DNA of 64,000 nt from Zygnema circumcarinatum SAG 698-1b (lineage: Eukaryota; Plantae; Zygnematophyceae). Under the pieces are notes generated by a model that worked only from the letters and a program-made list of their open reading frames with translations, was not told the origin of the DNA and searched no databases. Shown here one piece after another: positions 1 through 11,038 of the stretch. The position numbers and the translations under genes were made by a program. The stretch is taken from NCBI GenBank assembly GCA_037447605.1, contig CM074819.1, positions 2,345,580 to 2,409,579 of the forward strand, read 5' to 3'. Position 1 is the first letter of the stretch, and each line of letters begins with the position of its first letter.

Positions 1-3000
1 CGGACCTCCTCCAAGGTGGCGAATGCGGAGCACGCTGCCTCCTGCACGCGCTTGTTGGGGTCCAAAATGCGCTGCAGCAGGCCTGTGAGGACCACGTCAA
101 ACTGCACCTGCCCCTCGGGGGTCTGCACTGCCTGCAGTTCCTCCCCTCCTTTCCAAGGCCATGTCAGCAACAAACCAGATGCAGCGAGGAGTCGAACGAT
201 AGCGGGGTGATAGCGTGCATAGACCGCCGCGATTGCTTACCTCCACGAGCCACCGTCCATACCGTGAAAGGGTCCAGCATGTAATACTGCGAACAAGAGG
301 CCGCCCATCGTCCAACATTGGCAATATGAAGGAAACTATCTGCAGGTCCCTCACTAGCAGTTAAGTCAGCAAAAAAAACGTCAAATTCTGTACCGGTCGA
401 AGCATCGCCCTATTGGTGGAGTTCAAACTTGGAGTCCCATAAAGGACGCTCCGTAAGTTTTCAAAGATCTGAAAGAACTGCAATGTATCTCAGTAGTGTC
501 CAGAAAACGACTGGCAACAACTGTGTGGAGCCCGTGACAATGGGTCACTGTCAGTTCCCTTACCTGGGTCAGTGACGGCAGCAGACCATTGATGCAACCC
601 TCTGCCACTGCCCCCAAGGCCAAAATTGCTGCTTCACGCTCCTTCCATCCAGCATCTGTCTTGTCGGTCATTCGCGTCTGCAATGTCCATTCCTTTCTCA
701 TTGTTATACTGACCGAAACTAGAGTCTGTCCCTCAACTTGATGCTGCCAGCTCTGGCGATTGATGGGAAGTGGAGAGCACCGACCTGAATGAGAGGCATG
801 AGAATGGGCAGCAGCTCGTCCCCGAGATGCACGGAGAGGATGTCGAGCCCCGCCGCGCTGCACTTGCGCAGATTCCACACGCTCACCGCGTCATCGTCGT
901 CCTGCGCGTTTTTAGGGTTTTTAGGGGGTTTTTTTTTTCGCGCGCCCTCAGCAGCTTGGCCGGACGGAACTGAGCGCTGGCACATTCATAGTTGTGGCTG
1001 TAACTCACCTCGCCGTCCTCAACACCATCACTGCCATGCACCCTCATCTTGTGAAAGCGCGGTTTCAAGTCCTGCAGTCCCAATATTCCATTCCAAATAG
1101 CAGAACGTGACAATCATTAAAACTGTGATGTTTCCATGGTTGAGATGTACGAGTTTGAAAATGGAAAAGCAACGGGATAACTACAATTCTAAGTAATGGT
1201 AGTTGTGTCTGAGTCACTTTGTTAGCTCAGACTTGACTCTTAATAGTCAAATCTATCTCAGGGCCACTTCATATCGACCAGAGCTGCCGGCAATTTATCT
1301 GTGTCCAAAGGCGCCGTTGATTTTTTAGCAGTCCCTGAGTCATAACTTCGGTTGATATGCCTTACAATTACATGACCTTGAGAACACTCTTTCGGCTTCC
1401 CTACCTTCTATGGTTCATGCCATAACGAGTAAGAACCATCGACTTAGACGTAGACCTTTATAACGCAAACTCAGGTCGCCCGATGGTCGAGAGAGACCCC
1501 TCACCTTCCAAATCAACTAAGAGCACGGGTACTATTTAACACCAATTGTAAGGCAGGACATACCACCAGCCAATACTCAGGTCAGCTGACACACATTGCA
1601 CTCTCAAAATACGACACCATGGTGATAAGAAGAGGTGGCATACCTGATCCCTGTCAGGCGCATTGCTGTCCTCCTGAGGACAGCCCACTCCCAAACAGCC
1701 AACAGCCGTCAGTTGCTCCTAACGGCAATGGAAAGCATGCCGTGCTCCTGCAACCACAAAGGGTGGAGTACATGCACACACCTCAACCTCGAGCACCGCC
1801 TCATCATCATCTTCATAAACCATGTTGGAGAGGAGCACCTGCACATGCATCCCCCTCTTTTCCATCAGCTGTTGAAAGTAAAGTTGAGCAAAAAATGCTC
1901 CGTTAAAAGAAAAACTACAAGTCCGAAAAAGGTACAGGTTGCACGGTATCTCACCTCAACCAAGCGAGGCAGAATGTCTCTTAAGAGATTAGGAGGTAGT
2001 CGATTCTCACAGTATGCCGACCTGCAACGCAATTGCCTCCCACGAGTTGCTGCTAACCGAAAATCAAAGAAAAAAGCAACTTCCTATTCCTGATCCTGTT
2101 CCTGATCCTATTTCAAAAAAGAATGCAGTCAGGACATGACGATCTCAGAGGCAGCTTGCACCGGAGCATCAATGTCAAGCTACGGGTGTTGCGGAGTTTT
2201 AGTTGGAGCCTAATAAGACTCAAAAAAACCTGGATTATCATGCTAGTGAGCATTGAGAACTGAAAGTACGAAAGATCTCCATGGCCAAGCTCCTTATTAT
2301 CATCACTGTCCTAAAATGGCAAATAGAATGGGTGCACTCACCAAAACTCACAAGCCTCAAGTGCCACGTCACCATCAGCGTCCTGTGTGGCTTGAAGCAT
2401 AAATGTAATTACATTCTTCATATGTGCCTGTATCAAGATAGCCCCAGGGGAAGCAAGTAACATGAATAGCAGTGTAGCGCATCTATCGCGTCGCTTTGAT
2501 TTGACACAAAGCAGCCTCCGTTGCACATGCTTCAAAGTGCTGTTCCTGATCGCGTGATGTTGTCTACCTGCAAGTAGTCCGGGTGCACCTCCGCCAGCTG
2601 AACCAACGCTGCACAGACCTGATCCCAGCATGGCGCAGACGAGCACACGGTTGGTGGTATGCGGGTTTTACAGGCGAGTTTAGCAAGAGGATGTCTGTAG
2701 CAGAGGCAATACCAGCTTGCGAACTTCTGGTTCTTGGTCTGAGGATAGCAGGAAAAGCCCTTGGAGGTAGGTGTCCATATGCAACATCATGGCCTGCAAA
2801 TATGCCCCCCTGCGAACAAAGTTAACACTTCAAACCCAACAAAAAAAGGTCACGCTACCACCTGACGCTATAAAATTGTGCATGATGGAGTCAGAGAGCT
2901 GACCTCCCAAAGGCCACACCTACGAGGAAACATGATCCTTGACTGAAGCACAAAATGCAGGGAAGAGTTTTGCAACCACGTGCACCATACCCGAGGAAGC

Positions 3001-4451
3001 GGCACGACCAACTGGTTGACAGAGGCCAGAGAGAGCCTTCTCAAAGAAGCGTGAGGGGAATTGAAGAGCTGAGCACCCATGACCCAATCTCCCAGTCTCT
3101 ATGAGCTAGGACACTAGTGAAATAAAACCACGGCAATGTAAATGTTAAACAGCAGGTTAAATTACCAAACTAAAAGGTTAATTGCATTCTTTGGACAAAC
3201 AGCGAAGTTAAATAACCTGTATCACTTCGCCAGAGGACTCTTTGAAGAGCTGGAAGTGATTCCTAGACAACCTGCCTCTCGCACAGGCTATCAAACAATT
3301 GAAGGTATGTTAACAAATACCTTGAGAAGACGTGGCAGAAAAAGATTAACAGGACGATCCCCAAGTCCGGGAATATCCGCGTCCAGCTGATGTGAAAGAT
3401 CCTCACAGACCTGCCACACTCCCACACTCAACCGCGGTGACCGCTTGGGTACGTCTCGCCCTTACACTTCCTACTATGGAATAAGTTTCCAAGTCCTGAA
3501 TGACCTAGGACTACAAGCTAAATTCTCGATAACCTAGTTAATTATGTCCCGATGAAACTAACGGTACTGATTTTGCTTTAGACTGTGGCCTCCGTCTGCT
3601 CAACTCCTAGACGGCGAGTCCTGCAGACGAGCACAACAGCTGAAACCTGACAGGAGTTAAAGTGCCAGGTGCAACAAAGCGCGTCCGACAGCTGCCAACA
3701 CTAAGATAAGACTAGTCGATGGCAGATAGGGCCCTCCCTCCCCCAGCCCAACCAATAGCAGGACAGTCAAAACAGTGCTGACTGTGCACCTTAAAAATAG
3801 CATCCACGGCCCCCTCCATGTGATTGTAGTCGTTGCTGTCCAGGCACTGCACAAAAGCTACTATAATTTCTGGCCAGGCCTCCAGACCCCCTAAACTAAG
3901 AATTGTGCTGATGACGGTTCCGACAGTATTCCTCAGTTGTCGGTCTGCTGCTCCAATGCAGGGCAAAAGCTGACTCTTGATATATTGTTGAAATCCTACA
4001 TCCATTCTGCAGTAGCGTTTCTCCATATTCAAATTGTTCTTCAGCGCAAGCCCCGCACTTTGGCGCACTGCCACAGGCTGCCCCTGCATGTACCGTCTCA
4101 CAGAACATGCGAAAGCGCCAGCTTTGAGCAGTTTGTAAACGGAAACTTCAGGGCTCCTTACAGGTGGGATGCTCAACATAGCGTGAGCGAATTCGAATAT
4201 TCTGGCGAACGGAACATACATGCCCTTGTAGGCTTCACTTCTACTCCAACGAATGGGTGGAAGCGATAAGGATAAGCACGTACCTCTGCTCGGCAGAGAA
4301 TGAAAGCAAGGTAGTTGTTAAAGTCAGGAAACTCGTTCCAGTTCTTCAGCTGCTGCCAGATGCGGCCCTGGTCCACTCCGGGCAGCAGGTACTCGCACAG
4401 CAACGAGCAAATGTCCACCACGCCCTGCTCCATCGGCGCCCACGTCGCCAT
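1..4451 (-). CDS. TRN1: Transportin-1 (importin beta-2), multi-exon, 3'-partial (runs off the window start)
   Basis: GT-AG exons read in frame: 4451-4284 (MATWAPMEQ...[12 protein letters not shown]), 4083-3790, 3410-3321, 3068-2991, 2793-2713, 2618-2568 and 2427-2342 ([10 protein letters not shown]). Later exons encode [75 protein letters not shown] and [22 protein letters not shown], all hallmark transportin HEAT-repeat motifs. Confidence 0.96.
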
Positions 4452-4760
4452 GGCGCCTCTCGCCTGCCCCTGCCCCGCCCTAACAGCTTCCGCAGAGCCT
4501 TGCAGGAAACTATGCGGCTTCTGAAGCAGGAGATGCAGAAGCCACAGCACGGTGAGGGGCGAGGCCGGCCGGGGGGTGGCCGGGGGGTGGCCGGGGGCTG
4601 CTCGTGCCTGCCTGCCTGCCTGCCTGCCTGCTTGCCTCCCTGCCTCGTTCTCGCGGCCCTGCCTCGTTCTCGCGGCCCTGCCTTGCCCTGCCCTGCCCTG
4701 CCCTCAGGGAGGGGAGGGCGCGGGCGGCCGCCAGCACTAGCGACTACTCGTTCCATGGCA

Positions 4761-4898
4761 CAGTTCGCCCGTTCCATGCTGCGCAGCTCGCCCGTTCCAT
4801 GTTGCGCAGTTCGCCCGTTCCATGCTGCACAGTTCGCCCGTTCCATGTTGCGCAGTTCGCCCGTTCCATGCTGCGCAGTTCGCCCGTTCCATGCCGCG
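4761..4898 (+). repeat. Six tandem copies of a 23-bp unit (CAGTTCGCCCGTTCCATG[C/T]TGCG) upstream of TRN1
   Basis: Directly visible. Position 19 alternates C/T over the first five copies, giving a 46-bp dimer. Confidence 0.95.
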
Positions 4899-5063
4899 GC
4901 GATCGGTCGTAAACGGACCATTGGACCAATCGTTGGAATTGTTAGCAGCCAACCATTGCCAACGGTTTGAACAATTGGGTTTTTTTTCTTTGTCTTTTTC
5001 CCAAATGACAATGGTTGGTGACCACCACTTTCAAAAGCGGTCAGGGACTCAGCTCGGTGGTGC

Positions 5064-5650
5064 TTATTGTGTTATTGAAGTAGAGAGGATGTGGCATGGA
5101 TCTCACGATGGCGAGGCCATCAAATGTACATGGACAACATCAGCATCATGGGGAACCACGAGGAACTGGGCGCAAAGGACCTAAGCACAAAAGATAGAAG
5201 CTAGGGAGCGAAAAGCTACGCCTCGGCTCAACAACGCCAGCTCAGCGGCGGCTCAGCCCTCCCTCCAAGCACCCGCGACGGTCGCCGATCGATGTGCGGC
5301 ACTCGCATCACATCACATCGCGCGGAGGGAGGGAGGGAGGGAGCGGCGGAAGGCCACCGACACGCACGGCCACCAACAACCAAGCGCGGTTTCACGCCGA
5401 AGGAGCGGAGAAGCGAGGAGGAGGGCACCGCTGAAGGGCGGAAGACGGACATGCGCTGTCGATAAGAAAGTGGCGAGGATCGGCGGAGGAGGAGAGGAGC
5501 GCTTCCTTCCTTCCTTGCGGGGCCGTGCGCGCATCTCCACGGAGCGATCGATGGGCGCACGCACGCACTGGCGGAGGAAGGAAGGAAGGACGGCATCCAA
5601 ACGGGCGTCGAGGCAACCACATAACCTTTCCTTGGAAGGCTTCTTCAAAA
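5064..5650 (-). mobile_element. 5'-truncated copy of an RLE-type non-LTR retroelement (3' end of ORF plus 3' UTR)
   Basis: 5100-5230 aligns with 40415-40560 and 16956-17090. 5270-5620 aligns with 52578-52830. The minus-strand end reads TTCAATAACACAATAA. Confidence 0.7.
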
Positions 5651-5763
5651 AGGAAAGGTGCACTAACTCTGCAATGGCGAGGGCACTCCCTCCCTCCCTC
5701 CCTCACGGAACCCATTCGTAGCAAAAGAACAGCGATACAGAACTCCGTGTTTGTTCCAAATTA

Positions 5764-5902
5764 GAGGGTATCAGACTTAACAAAATTTGACGGAAACGGA
5801 ATGTTACGAAAGTACTCCTCTGTAGGGGGGTCGCGATGTCACCGGATACTCGTTCTGGTGTCAAACATACTGCCGGTTTGTTAAGTCTGATGCCGTACCC
5901 CC
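5764..5902. mobile_element. 139-bp MITE with TA target-site duplication
   Basis: Left end GAGGGTATCAGACTTAACAAA matches the reverse complement of the right end (GGGGGTACGGCATCAGACTTAACAAA). TA lies at 5762-63 and 5903-04. Confidence 0.7.
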
Positions 5903-6074
5903 TAATGACGAGCAGAGCTGTGCGGTACCAACCAGAGGATTCTCATTCTGAATTGGTACCGCGCGCCCATTCCAACGCGGCAAGTGGCAAAGCTAAGAAC
6001 GAGGGCCCGCTGTCGTAGGGCGAAGTGGTGGAGGCTCGAATCTTCAAACTGGCAATTGTTTCGCGGGCAATTTT

Positions 6075-6380
6075 GCTAGTGTTAACCAACCGTTGGCCGC
6101 GTTTGACAACGGTTGCAGGGATCCAATGGTTGCAGTCATTGGAGTCAATGGTCGCCAACAATTGCCAAAGTTACAAACACGGTCGGACCTAGCCAAACAT
6201 TCCCAATGTCCCGGACCATTAGTCAGCCAGTTGTTGGCATCGATGGTTGGCCAGTGGTTACAGCTTTGTACAATGGTGAAAAAATAAGGCTCGGAATAAT
6301 TGAAATGGTTGACAAGCAATGGTCGCAAACATTGGCAACGATTTTGGCTGGGCCCGACACGATTGGCTGGCAACCATTCG
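6075..6380. repeat. Degenerate palindrome-rich low-complexity repeat (CCAATGG/AACCATTG/CAATTG/AACGGTT motifs); short related patch at 4915-4980
   Basis: Recurring motifs are visible, but no clean period or termini were found. Confidence 0.5.
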
Positions 6381-7444
6381 AAAAAGCACCTTTCGCCCAT
6401 GCTACTTTTTTCGCACATAGTTGTCGTGAAATTCCATCAAATTGGCAGTGTATATGCAACAATGTTTGCCTCAGGTTCGCGGCTGCCAATCAGATGGATG
6501 CGCGGACCTGCAGGCGGCACCCCGAAATAGTTCCGTTAATGGCTCGAGAATTCGCCTGACGGGATGCCCCCTGCGCTGGTCAACCTGCTTGGTCAAAATA
6601 GTCACACGTAGAAGAACCTGAAAATAGTTATGATGTTCCGATGGCGAGTTTTTCTATAGTTTCATTTGATTTTAGAATTTAAAGTTTGAATTTTGAATTT
6701 TGAATTTTCTATCGTGTTATCAAACTCGTTAGGTACTTCACGGTATCGTCTTGGACGTCTAACACAGATGTTAAGGATCTTCTAGACGGTAACAAAAGTG
6801 AGGCGTCAACGTTAATGAAAACTTCTTTTTCAAAAAAAAAAAAAAAAAAAACCCCCGTAAAATTTGAGGCTGATGGGGACCGCCAGAAACAAGCTTGCAG
6901 TGTTACAGGCGAGCCCCCCACCAACCCAAAGCTTGCAACTGCACAAAGCTCCACCGAGTGGTGTGTGTCCGAGGCATATCGCTGCCCATCGATTTGAGCT
7001 TATATCTTCGCAAAGGGATGTCCCATCGAGTAGCTCAACATGCAAATGTTTGACAATCCAAACTCGACTTCATTCATGCGCACTTGGGGGCTGTACCATC
7101 CTTGCAAACATTGCTGCCTGCCAGGTTGGTCCGAGCCCAAGTGGTGGACATATAGATCCACAAAAATTCAAAAGGTCATTCAATCCCAGACTTTCAAGTG
7201 CCCACCGTTTCATGCTATAGACATTGTAGAGTTCGTATCCCCTAGAAATCAGGTTTCCAATATACGATACAACCCAGTTGACCCTCGTCCTTGCTATCGA
7301 TTGAAGACAAAGCCCAAAAGCTGCAGGACAGCAAATGGGCAACGGACTCAGGACTCTCTTTTGCGCCGTTCTCGCGCGCCCCTCCCTCCCTCCCTCCCTC
7401 CCTCCCTCCCTCCCTCCCTCTCGCTCGCTCGGGCGGGTCTCGGG

Positions 7445-8406
7445 TCACTCGGCGACGTAGGCCTCCCCCGCGAGGCGCAGGACGTCGAGGGCCGCGCTCG
7501 GCAGAAAGGAGGCGGCGGCGATGACGGCGAGGGAGGCGGCGGCCCGCGCGCGCACGAACATGGAGGGCGGGAGCAGCAGCGTCGTTGCCACCGCCAGCGC
7601 CGCCGCCCCGCTGGACAGCGCGAAGGCCAGGGCCACCTGCACGGGCCACCGCGCTCAGCTCTCAAACTCAATATCGGACAGCCATGGCCGCCCTCCCCGC
7701 CCGCCACATGCAGCAGCAACCCGCAGGAGGGGAGCGGGTAAGGGAGGGACCGACAAAGTCACCGATGACGAAGGCAGTGAGCCACCAGGCGGCCTGCAGC
7801 GCACCGCCCGAAAGTTCGATGCAGCTGAGCAGCAGCGTCAGCAGCGCCCAGAAAGTCGCTATGGACGTCCCTGCACCACCCAGCGCCCACACAACGGCTC
7901 AGACTCTCCACTGCACTGCCGAGCGCAAACTCGCACGGCATCCTGCAAACCACGACCAACAGCGCTTTCAAGGAGACCTATATTCGTTAGCAAAGCATGC
8001 GGCTTGAAGGCAATCTTCAAGCGGCAGAGGCTGCTTTCCCCGTACTCTCGCCCGGGCGCGAAATGCCCAAGTACAAACAAGATACTCGTTCTCAGAGCTT
8101 GAAAAAGGATGAAGATGCTCTTTTCTGCAGTGTAGAAACAGGCTCATTCCGGTAAGAAAGGTGAAATGTGGCAGTCCTGCCTGCAACGAGGAAGCTGAAG
8201 GCGTCGACGTCCTGCAGCAGCACGGTGGCGGTGCCCGACGCGAGGATGACCGCCAGCGCGCAGCACGCGAGGCAGAGCTGCAGGAAGCGCAGCAGCGGGT
8301 CCGCCACCCGCGCAGGCGCGGCCCGCCGCCGCGAGCCGGCCTTCCCCGCCCCGCGGCCCGGCCCCGCCCCTGCGGGCTGCGCAGCTCCGGCCGTCTCCAC
8401 GTCCAT
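7445..8406 (-). CDS. CASP-like (CASPL, MARVEL-related) four-TM protein, 3 exons, ~177 aa
   Basis: Exons 8406-8181, 7870-7755 and 7636-7445 join in frame. Motifs are LLRFLQLCLACCALAVI, DAFSFLVAG, FWALLTLLL, FVIGDF and ALSSGAAALAV. Intron 1 needs a GC donor. Confidence 0.8.
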
Positions 8407-8590
8407 GGCGCGCGCTAGCTCGATCGCTCTCTCGCTCGCGCTGAGGGAGAGAGGGAGGGAGGGACTGAGAGCTCGCTGCTCCTTTGCTGCGCGGGCGGGC
8501 GGGCGGGCGGGCGAGAAGGGCTGCGAGGGGAGGGAGGGAGGGAACGAGGGGAGGCCGACGGCCGCCCTCGAGGCCGCGCTGCCCTATCGC

Positions 8591-8895
8591 TGCCCGCTGC
8601 CCGCTGCCTCACTGCCCGCTGCCCACTGCCCACAGCCCGCTGCCCGCTGCCCGCTGCCCGCTGCCCACTGCCCGCTGCCCGCTGCCCGCTGCCCGCTGCC
8701 CGCTGCCCACTGCCCGCTGCCCGCTGCCGGCTGCCCGCTGTCCGCTGCCCGCTGCCCGCTGCCCACTGCCGGCTGCCCGCTGTCCGCTGCCTGCTGCCCG
8801 CTGCCCGCTGCCCGCTGGGCTGCCCGCTGCCCGCTGGGCTGCCCGCTGCCCGCTGCCCGCTGCCCGCTGCCCGCTGCCCGCTGCCCGTTGCCCGC
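8591..8895 (+). repeat. (TGCCCGC)n heptamer minisatellite, ~43 units, between the two CASPL start codons
   Basis: Directly visible, with variants TGCCCAC, TGTCCGC and TGGGC. Confidence 0.97.
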
Positions 8896-9171
8896 TAAGT
8901 CGGGCAGCTTTTAGAGAAACGTTTCACGCAGCCCGAGAGAGTCCGAGCGCCGGGAACATCGGCGCGTGCATGGCCGGCGGGCGTCTCCGCGCGGCGTAGC
9001 ATGCAGACCGCCACGTGGCGCCTCGCGCCCCTTCTCTCGCACATCTCTGCCTCTCCCCTCTCCCTTTCCCTCTCCCTCCCCGGGTCCCGTCCCATCCCTC
9101 GCGGCGGCCTCTCGAAGCGGCGGCGGCGCACGGCCAGCAGCCATATTCAGCTCGGCAAAAGCAGCAGCAGT

Positions 9172-9978
9172 ATGGACACGGCGGAGCGCAGTCCCGACCA
9201 GGCGGTGTCACTGTTCTTCAGGTGGTCTACCGCATCCGCGCGCCATGGTCGCCATGGCGATGGTCTCCCGCAGCGCTGTGGTTGCGCTGTGCGCTGAGCC
9301 GGGACTGGGCGGCGCAGGTTTTTGCAGCTGGCATGCAGCTGCGTGGCGTTCAGCGTCATGCTCACGGCGTACGCGCGCTCCTACTGGTACTGGGTGAGCA
9401 CCCCACCCGCCCGTCCGCCCTGCGCTGCATCACATGGCTGACATGGCATGACCATGATGTGCCATTTGCGGCGGCGCGTGCAGGACTATCTCCCCTTCCG
9501 CTTCCTCATCGTGAGCACCATCATCAGCGCCTTTTGGACGCTCCTCCTATTCATCTTGGAGCTCCTGCAGCTTATGACGGGGCGAAAGATCCGCTTTCTC
9601 GCACACCGACTTTTTGTTGTCATCATGGATTGGGTGCGCGGTCCATTCTCTCCTCTGCCCCGCGCCAGTCTTGGTTGAGCGGGAAATCCCTATTCAGTGT
9701 GGCTTTCTCACATCTGGAAGGGTGGGTTCTGCGGTGCATGCGTGCAGCTGTTGGCGCTGCTGCTGCTCAGCGCGGCGTCGGCTGCGGCGGCCATCACGAC
9801 CGCCTACGACCGCGGCGCGCCGTTCGCGGGCTCCCCCTGCCGCGGCACGCACCTCTACTCGCGCTTCTGCGTGCGCACCAAGGTGGCCACCGCCTTCGCG
9901 TTCCTCGCCTTCTTCTTCTTCATTCCGCACCTCATCCTTTCCACGGTGGCTGCTGCCATCCGCTATTTCGAGGGATAG
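9172..9978 (+). CDS. CASP-like (CASPL) protein, 4 exons, ~168 aa
   Basis: Exons 9172-9221, 9318-9393, 9484-9633 and 9748-9978 join in frame. Motifs are FFRFLQLACSCVAFSVM, DYLPFRFLI, FWTLLL, VIMDW, LLLSAASAAAAIT and FCVRTKVATAFAFLAFFF. Confidence 0.88.
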
Positions 9979-10723
9979 TGCTTCCATCAGCGAGCCTCTC
10001 CGGCTAGCACGCCGTATACAGATTTACCTGTGTAGACAAATAATACATATCATGGTCGGGTTGACCTTCGTGCATATAATTTGAAAGAAGTCTTGAGTCT
10101 TTGAAATAAGTTCAACATGGGCGCATCCTCTATTTTGGGATAAGAATGTTGAAGCCTTTTCGCTGTGCAGGCAGTGAGTAACTTCTCTTTTCATGCTTGT
10201 GTTTATTTATTTTGTTAGACCTGGTTAGTCACATGCGCAGCAATCTTGATGGAAATCCGTCATCGCCAGTCCGAGCTCTTAGATATTTGAGAATGGGTTT
10301 GAGCGAACCAGTTCGAACATGTAAACTCTTGCACCGCTGCTACCATACTGCACACAAGACAAGCAACACTCGCATTGCCTAAACAATTTTTTAAGTATTG
10401 GAAGAGGAGATCGACCCCAGCAGTCCTAAGATTAAGGAACTTAAAATAGAAAGAGACGTTACACTGTTCTGTAGTTCTCGCTACAAGCACTTGAAACTAG
10501 AAGCCATTGCCTATTAGGGAGATATGTATCATAAAAAAATTGTGATAAGGTAAGGAACCCAAACTCATCAGTACGTATTCTACCAGTCTAATCCTCAAGT
10601 GGCAGGGGAGTGTCTTGTTGGGAAATTTCGCGCATACATACACCGATTTCAAAACCTCCTATACAGAAGATCCACAAAGCTATCCTTTGTGAACAACCAC
10701 GTTGCAAAACTTTGGAATCCTTT

Positions 10724-11007
10724 TTAGTTGTTGTACATCATGGAGGCCTTCTCGAACCCAATGGTCGGGAACTGCTTGGCATACTCCTCGACCTGATGGC
10801 GCAGAGCCTGGACAGCCTCCAGCGTAGCGGAGTCGCTGTCCACGAATGCGCGGAAGTCCTTCAATTTGGGCCCTGCACTCAGGAAGCCACGTGTCAGGAG
10901 AGACCGCTCCTCCTGGCACTAGTTGAAAATGCCACGTCAAACCACCCTCCTCCCAACCCCACCTCCCCCCAAACCCCTACCTCTCTTCCCNNNNNNNNNN
11001 CCCCCCC

Positions 11008-11038
<31 letters not shown>

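Noticed and set aside
4761-4898. CRISPR-like array
   Set aside because: Units are directly abutting with no unique spacers, the context is eukaryotic, and no cas genes are present.
8168-8999. Long ORFs over repeats (also 4257-5011, 11931-13050, 28027-28674, 53806-54593 and 55406-56305 intronic parts)
   Set aside because: These are stop-free by-products of GC-rich or CT/GA microsatellites, and only the embedded true exons are conserved.
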